Source: Deltaproteobacteria bacterium
Lineage (GTDB): Bacteria > UBA10199 > GCA-002796325 > JACPFF01
NCBI GenBank assembly: GCA_016183065.1
Contig: JACPFF010000015.1
Span: forward strand, 27,449 to 91,448
Length of the DNA: 64,000 nt
Direction: 5' to 3'
In this document: positions 56,390 through 64,000 of the stretch, piece after piece
Layout: every line of letters starts with the position of its first letter
Numbering within the stretch: the first letter of the stretch is position 1
Position numbers and translations under genes: made by a program
Notes under the pieces: model-generated
What the model saw: only the letters and a program-made list of their open reading frames with translations
Database searches by the model: none
Told to the model about the DNA's origin: nothing

Positions 56390-58165
56390 ATGGGTACCTG
56401 GCTTCAGCATTTTCACGACAATGTCGCGCGTGGTGCCGATCGTCCCTGTTGGCGGTACAAATCGAACGGGAGATGGCACGTCATCAGCTGGCGGGAGATG
56501 GGAGACCGGGTAAGAGGCGTGGCCGGCTGGCTGATCGCACACGGTCTGCAACCCGGGGATCGCGTGGCACTCTGGAGTTCCACCCGGTGGGAATGGTCGC
56601 TCATCGATCTGGCCGTCGTCATGGCGGGTGGCGTGACCGTACCAATCTATCACACGCTGCCGCTGGCACAGGGGGAGCTCATCGTGCGGGAACCCGCGTG
56701 CCGGTTTCTTTTTCTCGAACTGCCGATTGAGCATGATTTTTTGCCGCAGTTGCACCGCTGCGCATTGCCATTGGAGGGCGTGATTTTTATTGACGCCGAA
56801 GCGACCTGTCCACAGTATCCCACATCGTCTCTCCGGACGATCTTGACACAACCGCAGCAGTGCATCGCCGCGTATGAGGCCCGGTGGCGGGCGCGTCAAC
56901 CCGATGACGTGGTCACCATTGTCTATACCTCGGGGACCACGGGAACACCAAAGGGTGTGGAGCTCACCACCCGGAATCTGCAGGCCGAGATTGAAGGGCT
57001 CAACGAGGCCTTCCATTTGACTCCTGGGACCGAGTGTCTGATGTTTCTCCCCCTGGCGCATATTGTGGCGCGGGCCATGCAATTTTTTCAGATTGAATAC
57101 GGTTTGGTCGCCGCCTATGCCGAGTCGATCGACACCATCGGCGACAATCTCCGCGAAGTCGCCCCGCATTTTTTTGTCGGCGTCCCACGCGTCTTCGAAA
57201 AAATGGAGGCGCGACTCCGGGAGGCGGTCGCGCAGAGTCCTCCGTGCAAACAGCGACTCTTTGCCTGGGCGCTGGCGATGGGCGAATGCGTGAGTCGGTG
57301 CCGGGAACACCATCAACGGTTGTCCCTCCGTCTGCGCCTCGGTGCGCTGCTGGTCCGACTGATCTTTCGTTCGGTGCATCGACGGCTCGGCGGTCGGCTC
57401 ACCTTTGCCATTTCTGGTGGTGCCCCGTTGCCGCAGCGCGTGGCGCAATTTTTTGCCAGCCTCGGTGTGCTGATCATAGAAGGGTACGGACTCACGGAGA
57501 CCACGGCTGCCGTGACGATTAATCAGCGCTCCGACTATCGTTTTGGCACAGTTGGCAAGCCGCTGCGCGGTGTCACCGTCTCCATTGCCACGGATGGAGA
57601 AATCCTGGTGCGTGGGGCGACAGTGTTTCGCGGCTATTACCGGCGTTCTGAGGAGACCGCGGCCGTACTGGACCACGATGGATGGTTGCACACCGGCGAC
57701 ATTGGTCAGTGGAGTCGCGATGGTTTTTTGCGGATTACCGACCGCAAAAAGGATCTGATCAAGACCTCGGGCGGAAAATATATCGCCCCGCAACCGATCG
57801 AACATCAACTGAAGGCCTCACCGTATATCAGCGATGTGATTGTCCATGGCGATCGGGAAAAGTTTCTCACGGCCCTCATCATTCTCGATCGGGACGCGAT
57901 CACCCGCTATCTCGATCGCAAAGGGATGACATGGGCAACGTGGGAAGAGGTCGTGCGGCATCCCGCCGTGGTGGCCGTGGTGCAGGAGGCGATCGATCGC
58001 GTGAATCGCGGATTGGCCCGATGGGAAACCATTAAGCGGTTTTCAATTCTGGAACGCGAACTCGCGGTCGAACGTGGTGAACTGACGCCGACGCTCAAGA
58101 TTCGGCGCCAAATCGCCTATGAGCGATATAAGGATCATTTCGATCGGATGTATCGCGAGGCATGA
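56390..58165 (+). CDS. Long-chain fatty-acid--CoA ligase (AMP-forming)
   Basis: AMP-binding motif YTSGTTGTPKGVEL, with GYGLTETT and TGDIG...DRKKDLIKTSGGKYIAP. Confidence 0.9.
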   Translation: MGTWLQHFHDNVARGADRPCWRYKSNGRWHVISWREMGDRVRGVAGWLIAHGLQPGDRVALWSSTRWEWSLIDLAVVMAGGVTVPIYHTLPLAQGELIVREPACRFLFLELPIEHDFLPQLHRCALPLEGVIFIDAEATCPQYPTSSLRTILTQPQQCIAAYEARWRARQPDDVVTIVYTSGTTGTPKGVELTTRNLQAEIEGLNEAFHLTPGTECLMFLPLAHIVARAMQFFQIEYGLVAAYAESIDTIGDNLREVAPHFFVGVPRVFEKMEARLREAVAQSPPCKQRLFAWALAMGECVSRCREHHQRLSLRLRLGALLVRLIFRSVHRRLGGRLTFAISGGAPLPQRVAQFFASLGVLIIEGYGLTETTAAVTINQRSDYRFGTVGKPLRGVTVSIATDGEILVRGATVFRGYYRRSEETAAVLDHDGWLHTGDIGQWSRDGFLRITDRKKDLIKTSGGKYIAPQPIEHQLKASPYISDVIVHGDREKFLTALIILDRDAITRYLDRKGMTWATWEEVVRHPAVVAVVQEAIDRVNRGLARWETIKRFSILERELAVERGELTPTLKIRRQIAYERYKDHFDRMYREA

Positions 58166-58177
58166 AGGAAACTCGTT

Positions 58178-58600
58178 ATGGCCCCACCGGCAGAACGTCC
58201 CGTCTTAGAGCCCCATATTGCGAGTCTTCTCTCGTATGTGCTGATGCTCTTTTTTTGTGGAATCCCGATCCCCGGGGCCGTCATGTTGATGATCGAAAAG
58301 GAGGATCGCCTGGTGCAATTTCATGCCTGGCAGAGTATTTTACTGGGCGGAATTGCCTGGGGGGGGTCGCTCCTGCTGGTCATGATGGGACATCTTGCCG
58401 GGCTCGTGATCGGATTGTTTGAGTGGTTGTTTACCCTGATACGGTTCCTCCTGCTGGGGGGGGTGCTGGTCGCGTGGATTCTTGCCATGGTGCATGCCTA
58501 TCAATGCGAGGCCTGGCGCATCCCGATCCTGGGCGATCTCGCGGCTACATGGGCCGGCCTTGCCCGTGGCGGACCGCGACCCTCCGATATGGTACGGTGA
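58178..58600 (+). CDS. DUF4870-like small membrane protein
   Basis: HIASLLSYVL...PGAVMLMIEKEDRLVQFHAWQSILL, 3-4 TM segments. Confidence 0.5.
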   Translation: MAPPAERPVLEPHIASLLSYVLMLFFCGIPIPGAVMLMIEKEDRLVQFHAWQSILLGGIAWGGSLLLVMMGHLAGLVIGLFEWLFTLIRFLLLGGVLVAWILAMVHAYQCEAWRIPILGDLAATWAGLARGGPRPSDMVR

Positions 58601-58605
58601 GACGC

Positions 58606-58947
58606 ATGCCTGGACGATTACGGATTGTCTGGTGTTATCTTGGCCCGCCATTGACCTCGCTCATTTTCCTCCGGAGTCGACGACCGAGCGTGCGGTTTCA
58701 CGCGTGGCAAGCCTTCTATTTCGGGCTCTCCTTTCTCCTCGGTCTTGTCGGGTGCACGCTGACCGAAGTGCTGGTGGGCCAGATACACCGGGCCTATGCG
58801 CGGTTGATTGCATATTGCGTTCCGGCCATTGGCGCGATAGGCATTGTCCTGTGGTTATGGTGTATGGTGCGTCTCATGCAGCGTGGGGAATGTCATCTGC
58901 CATGGGTTGGTCGGTGGGCAACCATGCGAGCGCAGCGAGGCGGATGA
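58606..58947 (+). CDS. DUF4870-like small membrane protein (paralog of the preceding gene)
   Basis: LTSLIFLRSRRPSVRFHAWQAFYFGL, the same architecture as 58178-58600. Confidence 0.45.
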   Translation: MPGRLRIVWCYLGPPLTSLIFLRSRRPSVRFHAWQAFYFGLSFLLGLVGCTLTEVLVGQIHRAYARLIAYCVPAIGAIGIVLWLWCMVRLMQRGECHLPWVGRWATMRAQRGG

Positions 58948-58959
58948 GAGGAGCGGGTC

Positions 58960-59283
58960 GTGGATGCCAAGGAAATTCTCGAAGTCAAGATTCTCAAACG
59001 GGCAAAAGAACATCCCGCAGTGGGGAAGGCGATCAATGCCCCCGTCGTGTTTGATTTGAGTGGTGATGGCGGGGGGACATGGACCCTCGACTTTACGACA
59101 CCGGAGGTCTCGGTCTATCCGGGAGTGGTGGAGAATCCCAAGGTCACATTCTGCATGGCGGCCGCGGATTTTGTGGCCATGGTCGAAGGGGAACTGAATG
59201 CTCAGAAGGCGTTTCTCACGGGAAAACTGAAGGTGAAGGGGGACATGGGCTCTGCCCTCAAACTGGGACAGCTCCTTTCTTAA
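58960..59283 (+). CDS. SCP2 sterol-binding-domain protein
   Basis: DFVAMVEGELNAQKAFLTGKLKVKGDMGSALKL. Confidence 0.8.
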   Translation: MDAKEILEVKILKRAKEHPAVGKAINAPVVFDLSGDGGGTWTLDFTTPEVSVYPGVVENPKVTFCMAAADFVAMVEGELNAQKAFLTGKLKVKGDMGSALKLGQLLS

Positions 59284-59284
59284 A

Positions 59285-59392
59285 GGATTTCAGCGTGTCG
59301 CGAGTACACAGTACACAGGTCCTCATGAAACGTGAGAAGTACGGTTGGGACTCATGGGATGCGTGTACGAACGCAAAGCGAATGCACCATAC
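59285..59392 (+). repeat. AT-richer ~105-nt two-domain structured repeat, copy B
   Basis: GGATTTCAGCGTGTCGCGAG...CTCATGAAACGTGAGAAGTAC...GAATGCACCATACA. It fills the whole gap between the SCP2 stop and the nadE ATG. Confidence 0.7.
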
Positions 59393-61033
59393 ATGAAGAT
59401 GGCCATTGCGCAGATTAACACCACGATCGGTGATTTTGACGGGAACGGGCGTCGCATCGAAGCCGAAATGGCGTGGGCACGTGTGCAGGGCGCGAGGCTC
59501 GTGGTCTTTCCTGAATTAACGACCACGGGATATCCACCGCGTGACTGCCTCGGTCGTCCCATCTTTGTCGAACAGAATCTGCGTCTGCTTGAGGCGTTGG
59601 CGAAGCAGGCGACGGATATCAGTGTGGTGCTGGGGTATGTAGGGCATGCCGCTGATGCTGAAGGCCCCTGGCGCACCAATAGCGTGGCCCTGCTGGCTGG
59701 CGGAAAAATCGCGGCCACGCGACAGAAGACACTCCTTCCGGCCTACGACGTCTTCGATGAAACGCGCTATTTTGTTCCGGCGACCACGTGGCAGCCGGTC
59801 GCCTGTGGTCCCTGGCAGTTGGGACTCACGATTTGTGAAGACGCGTGGCATGATGCGACCGGGATTAACGGGCCACTGCGGTATCACGTCGATCCGCTGC
59901 AGGAATTGCAGCGGGCCGGCGCCACCTGCATTCTCAATATTTCGGCATCACCCTTCATGGTGGGGAAGCGGCGCATGCGCCAAGAGCTCTTGGCACAGGC
60001 CGCACGACGGTACGGACTTCCCATGGTCTATGTGAATCTCGTGGGGGGCAATGACCAGCTGGTCTTCGATGGCGGGAGTTTTGTCGTCAATCGACGCGGC
60101 GAGGTGACGTGGTGCCTCGAACGCTTTGTCGAGGCCCATGGCGTCATCGATGCGGCAACGCTCGATGGCCCGGCCATGGTGCAACGCCTCTTGACACCGG
60201 TGGAAGCAACCGTGGAGGCCTTGCAATTGGGCCTGCGCGATTATTTGCGCAAATGTGGTTTTCGGTCGGTCCTGATCGGGCTCTCTGGCGGCATTGATTC
60301 CGCGGTCGTTGCGGCGTTGGCCGTCGCTGCGCTCGGCTCTGACGCCGTTACGGGAATTGCCATGCCCTCGCCGTACAGCAGTGCCGCAAGCCTGGCGGAT
60401 GCCGAAGCCCTTGCAAGGAATTTGGGCATGCATCTCGATGTCATGCCGATTGACACCATGTACGAGACCTATCGGGATCGGCTCGGGACCGATCGCCACG
60501 CAGCGCCCGATCTGGCCGATGAGAATTTGCAGGCACGCATTCGGGGAACGATCCTGATGACCCTCTCGAACCGCACGGGCGCGATGGTCCTCTCCACGGG
60601 CAACAAGTCCGAACTGGCCGTTGGCTATTGCACACTCTACGGCGACATGGTGGGCGGGCTGGCCTTACTCTCCGATGTCCCGAAAACGATGGTCTACGCG
60701 CTCGCCGCGTGGATCAATCGCGAGCAACCGCTCATTCCTCCGAGCATTCTCCAGAAGCCGCCCTCGGCAGAATTGAGACCGGGACAGGTTGATCAGGAGA
60801 CCCTCCCACCATATCCGCTGTTGGATGCCATTCTCACCTATTATATCGAAGACCACCGGAGTATCGACGAGATCATCGATATGGGACTCGATGCGAACAT
60901 TGTACATGATGTCATCTATCGGGTGAATTGTAATGAGTACAAGCGTCGTCAGGCTGCTCCCGGGATCCAGATTAGTCGAAAGGCCTTTGGCATCGGACGG
61001 CGATTTCCCATCGCCATGCATCTCGATCGATAA
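59393..61033 (+). CDS. nadE: Glutamine-dependent NAD+ synthetase
   Basis: N-terminal CN-hydrolase domain (MKMAIAQINTTIGD...FPELTTTGY...ICEDAW) and C-terminal PP-loop GLSGGIDSAV. Confidence 0.9.
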   Translation: MKMAIAQINTTIGDFDGNGRRIEAEMAWARVQGARLVVFPELTTTGYPPRDCLGRPIFVEQNLRLLEALAKQATDISVVLGYVGHAADAEGPWRTNSVALLAGGKIAATRQKTLLPAYDVFDETRYFVPATTWQPVACGPWQLGLTICEDAWHDATGINGPLRYHVDPLQELQRAGATCILNISASPFMVGKRRMRQELLAQAARRYGLPMVYVNLVGGNDQLVFDGGSFVVNRRGEVTWCLERFVEAHGVIDAATLDGPAMVQRLLTPVEATVEALQLGLRDYLRKCGFRSVLIGLSGGIDSAVVAALAVAALGSDAVTGIAMPSPYSSAASLADAEALARNLGMHLDVMPIDTMYETYRDRLGTDRHAAPDLADENLQARIRGTILMTLSNRTGAMVLSTGNKSELAVGYCTLYGDMVGGLALLSDVPKTMVYALAAWINREQPLIPPSILQKPPSAELRPGQVDQETLPPYPLLDAILTYYIEDHRSIDEIIDMGLDANIVHDVIYRVNCNEYKRRQAAPGIQISRKAFGIGRRFPIAMHLDR

Positions 61034-61719
61034 TGATGATGGCCGGGACACTCTACATTGTTGCAACACCGATCGGGAACCTCGAGGATATGTCGGCGCG
61101 GGGGATCCGGATCTTGCGGACCGTGGATTATATTGCCGCAGAAGATACCCGTCGGACCCGGAAGCTGTTGTCAGCGCTCGACATCCATACGCCGTTGACC
61201 AGTTATCATGGGCATAACGAACTCGAGAAGGGGGAGGCGCTGCTCCAAACGCTCGTTGGCGGGAAATCTATCGCCCTGGTGAGCGATGCCGGGACACCGG
61301 GCATCTCCGATCCAGGGACGCGGCTGGTCGAGGAGGCCCGTGGGCGTGGAGTGGCCGTGGTGCCCATTCCCGGACCGAGTGCGATCGTGACTGCCTTGTC
61401 CGCTGCAGGTGTTCCGACCACACGTTTCACGTTCGTCGGTTTTTTGCCGGGAAAACGAAGTCGCCGCCGCGTGCTTTTGACACAACTGGCCGCATTGCAT
61501 CATACGGTTGTCCTCTACGTGGCGCCGTGGGATGTCGCCAAATATCTGCCGGAGATGGAGGAAGTTTTTGGCGATCGCGATGTGGTGCTCTGTCGTGAAT
61601 TGACAAAGGTCCATGAGGAATTCCGGCGGAGCACCATGCGGGCCTTGCGGGTCTGGGCCACGCGGGAAAAAGTGCGTGGCGAAATCACGTTGATCATCGT
61701 TGGAGAGGACGCGGGATGA
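61033..61719 (+). CDS. rsmI: 16S rRNA (cytidine1402-2'-O)-methyltransferase
   Basis: LYIVATPIGNLEDMS...IAAEDTRRTRKLL...SDAGTPGISDPG. Confidence 0.9.
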   Translation: MMMAGTLYIVATPIGNLEDMSARGIRILRTVDYIAAEDTRRTRKLLSALDIHTPLTSYHGHNELEKGEALLQTLVGGKSIALVSDAGTPGISDPGTRLVEEARGRGVAVVPIPGPSAIVTALSAAGVPTTRFTFVGFLPGKRSRRRVLLTQLAALHHTVVLYVAPWDVAKYLPEMEEVFGDRDVVLCRELTKVHEEFRRSTMRALRVWATREKVRGEITLIIVGEDAG

Positions 61720-62360
61720 CGCGCATCGGGTGGGACATTATCGCCTCGCTTGGCGCGGGCGTCATGGTGTGGTGGTCCGTGCGGGTGCTACGGCGCCGTC
61801 ATCGCCGCCACCGGCGGATCCTTGCGGCGTTGCATGCCATGAGCGGTCACCTCCTCTTGGAAGAACAACGGATGCAATCAAGGCCCATGCCGACATTGCA
61901 TGGGCGGTATCACAGCTATTCTATGGCCATTGATGCGGATGATCGGGCAACGTCGTGGTGTTGGCGCGTGCATACCGAACTGCACAATGTCTGGGACGGT
62001 CGTCTTTTCCTGCAGGGCGATGACCGTCCCGGAAAAATGCGGGAACTCTATGGCAAAGACGTGATGTTCACGGGGGATCGTCTCTTTGACCGACAGGTCA
62101 TTGTCGCCGGGAGCGACCGCGAGCGCATGCGGTTGCTCTTCACGCCGTATCTGCGGGCACGATATCAACAATTATCGGAAACGCATTTTCAGATCGAAAT
62201 GCGGCAGCGGGCGGTCTATGCGGAGTTTGTCACCGGAATAGCACACCCCGAAGCCCGCGTTGCCACATATCTCGACCTCTTGGCAGTGACCTGCGCGGCG
62301 CTCGACCTTCTGTTGCAGGGTCCATTGAACACGGCGACGGACACGTCACTCCAGGACTGA
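61716..62360 (+). CDS. Hypothetical membrane-anchored protein
   Basis: ATGA overlap with rsmI. One N-terminal TM segment followed by an Arg-rich stretch (RRRHRRHRR). No family recognised. Confidence 0.5.
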   Translation: MTRIGWDIIASLGAGVMVWWSVRVLRRRHRRHRRILAALHAMSGHLLLEEQRMQSRPMPTLHGRYHSYSMAIDADDRATSWCWRVHTELHNVWDGRLFLQGDDRPGKMRELYGKDVMFTGDRLFDRQVIVAGSDRERMRLLFTPYLRARYQQLSETHFQIEMRQRAVYAEFVTGIAHPEARVATYLDLLAVTCAALDLLLQGPLNTATDTSLQD

Positions 62361-62530
62361 CATCCGGGGTCCCACGACCCAGCGCGCACCGCGCGCGCGA
62401 GGGGGAGGCTCCAGCGGCTTTGCCGCTGGAGGGGTCGGTGGCGACGACCGAGTCCGGGGACCCAGCGAAGCTGGGTGGACGAGGAAGTACCCGGAGGCGG
62501 AGCCGCAGGGTACGTGAGCCCCTCTAATAG
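62351..62530 (-). repeat. GC-rich modular hairpin-mosaic repeat, copy 3 (inverted relative to copies 1 and 2)
   Basis: The reverse complement starts TATTAGAGGGGCTCACGT. It contains the CTCCAGCGGC-AAA-GCCGCTGGAG, GCGCGC-GGT-GCGCGC, ACCCAGC-TTC-GCTGGGT and GGGTCGTGGGACCCCGGATGTCAGTCC modules. It fills the convergent gap before the dnaK stop. Confidence 0.75.
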
Positions 62531-62542
62531 TATGCGTCCCGA

Positions 62543-64000
62543 TTATGACATCTCTTCGAATTCGGCGTCGACGACCTTGCCATCTTTTGGCGGGGACTCG
62601 CCGCCTTCCTTCGGCTGCTTTTCCCCGCCACCCGCCGTCCCGGTCGCCTGTTGGGCCTGCTGGGTGCTCGCCTTGTACATGGCCTCGGCCATGGCGTGAG
62701 AACATTGCTGCAACTTCTCCATCGCTCCCTTCAATTTTGCGCCGTCTTTGGATTCAATGGCTCTCTTGCATTCTGCCACTGCGGCTTCGACCGGAGCGCG
62801 TTGCTCGGCGGGAATCTTCTCGTGATTCTCCTTCACCGTTTTCTCTGTGGCATAAACGAGCGAATCGGCCTGATTGCGCAGATCGATCTCCTCGCGTCGT
62901 TTTTTGTCGTCGGTTTCATGCGACTTGGCCTCGGTAACGAGACGCTCAACGTCCTCTTTCGCCAGACCGCTGGAGGCCGTGATGGTAATGTGCTGTTTCT
63001 TGTTCGTGGCCTTGTCCACTGCGCCGACGTTCACGATGCCGTTGGCATCGATGTCGAAGGTGACCTCAATCTGTGGAATCCCTCTCGGTGCCGCGGGAAT
63101 GCCATCCAGCATGAATTTTCCGAGCGAGCGATTGTCGGAGGCCATCGAGCGTTCCCCCTGCAACACATGCACTTCGACGGACGTCTGCCCGTCGCCGGCC
63201 GTGGAGAAGATCTGCGACTTCCGCGTGGGAATCGTGGTATTGCGCTCGATCATCGGGGTCATCACGCTCCCCTGCGTCTCGATGCCCAAGGTCAGCGGCG
63301 TGACATCGAGCAGCAGCATGTCTTTGACGTCGCCGGCCAGGACGCCACCCTGGACCGCCGCACCGCAGGCGACGACTTCATCGGGGTTGACCCCTTTGTG
63401 CGGTTCACGACCGAAAAATTCCTGCACCAACTGTTGCACTTTCGGGATCCGTGTCGAACCACCCACCAGAATGACTTCGTCAATATCGCTCGCCTGTTTG
63501 CCGGCATCCTGCAGGCAGCGCTTGCACGGTTCCAGCGTGCGATGGACGAGATCGGCGACCAGGGATTCGAATTTGGCCCGCGAAATTTTCATCACGAGAT
63601 GTTTGGGACCTGTCTGATCCGCGGTAATGAATGGGAGATTGATCTCGGTCTCCATGGTGCCCGATAATTCACATTTGGCTTTTTCGGCGGCCTCTTTGAG
63701 GCGCTGCAAGGCCTGTTTGTCCTTCGACAGATCAATGCCCTGGTCCCGTCGAAACTCCTGCATGATATATTCGGTCAAGGTGTGATCGAGGTCGTCACCA
63801 CCCAGATGGGTGTCGCCATTGGTGGCGACGACTTCGACGACATTTTCGCCGACTTCCAAAATGGAGATATCGAAGGTCCCTCCACCAAAGTCGAAGACCG
63901 CAACGGTCTCGTCTTTTTTCTTGTCGATGCCATAGGCCAGTGCTGCGGCGGTTGGTTCATTAATGATCCGTTTCACCTCCAGCCCCGCGATTTTTCCGGC
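62543..64000 (-). CDS. dnaK: Molecular chaperone DnaK (C-terminal ~485 aa; 5' end beyond the window)
   Basis: Frame open to the window edge (...[24 protein letters not shown]). Also [14 protein letters not shown] and the C-terminal lid ending EFEEMS. Confidence 0.95.
   Translation of the reverse strand, partial: AGKIAGLEVKRIINEPTAAALAYGIDKKKDETVAVFDFGGGTFDISILEVGENVVEVVATNGDTHLGGDDLDHTLTEYIMQEFRRDQGIDLSKDKQALQRLKEAAEKAKCELSGTMETEINLPFITADQTGPKHLVMKISRAKFESLVADLVHRTLEPCKRCLQDAGKQASDIDEVILVGGSTRIPKVQQLVQEFFGREPHKGVNPDEVVACGAAVQGGVLAGDVKDMLLLDVTPLTLGIETQGSVMTPMIERNTTIPTRKSQIFSTAGDGQTSVEVHVLQGERSMASDNRSLGKFMLDGIPAAPRGIPQIEVTFDIDANGIVNVGAVDKATNKKQHITITASSGLAKEDVERLVTEAKSHETDDKKRREEIDLRNQADSLVYATEKTVKENHEKIPAEQRAPVEAAVAECKRAIESKDGAKLKGAMEKLQQCSHAMAEAMYKASTQQAQQATGTAGGGEKQPKEGGESPPKDGKVVDAEFEEMS

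Overview
This is a densely coding, GC-rich (roughly 60% by eye) bacterial chromosomal segment. I cannot assign a taxon from the window alone. Most of it is core housekeeping: mfd, a DEAD-box helicase, malic enzyme, lysA, mutL, miaA, eno, rimI, tilS, ftsH, folP, glmM, pdxJ, acpS, nnr, tsaE, psd, pssA, asd, truA, rpsT, murJ, an acyl-CoA ligase, nadE, rsmI and a partial dnaK. There is one tRNA-Gln(CUG).

Accessory content:
1. A partial Tad/Flp-type pilus secretion locus at 0.5-8.1 kb (cpaB, cpaC, tadB, tadC). Its ATPase carries an N-terminal CpaE/TadZ-like domain fused in frame.
2. A clade-II (Sec/lipoprotein-type) nitrous-oxide reductase cluster at 13.4-20.1 kb, in the order Rrf2 regulator, cytochrome c, nosZ, nosB, nosL, nosD, nosF, nosY.
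3. A 68-aa bacterial histone-fold (DUF1931/HBb-like) candidate, next to a domain-only cNMP-binding protein and a divergently transcribed Fnr-like regulator.
4. A secreted beta-propeller/Fn3 protein plus a small outer-membrane barrel inserted between asd and truA.
5. A 1094-aa Ser/Thr kinase-STAND-TPR protein.

I saw no rRNA, CRISPR array, transposase, integrase or phage genes.

The least explained signals are non-coding. The first is a GC-rich mosaic of short hairpins, present in three copies with compensatory stem changes; two direct copies bracket the tad core. The second is an AT-richer, roughly 105-nt two-domain structured repeat, also in three copies, always in sense orientation relative to the neighbouring gene. 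The window also contains a 123-nt element with 23-nt terminal inverted repeats, and a promoter followed about 60 nt later by an intrinsic terminator. Many long antisense or shadow ORFs in the six-frame track are high-GC artefacts and were not called.
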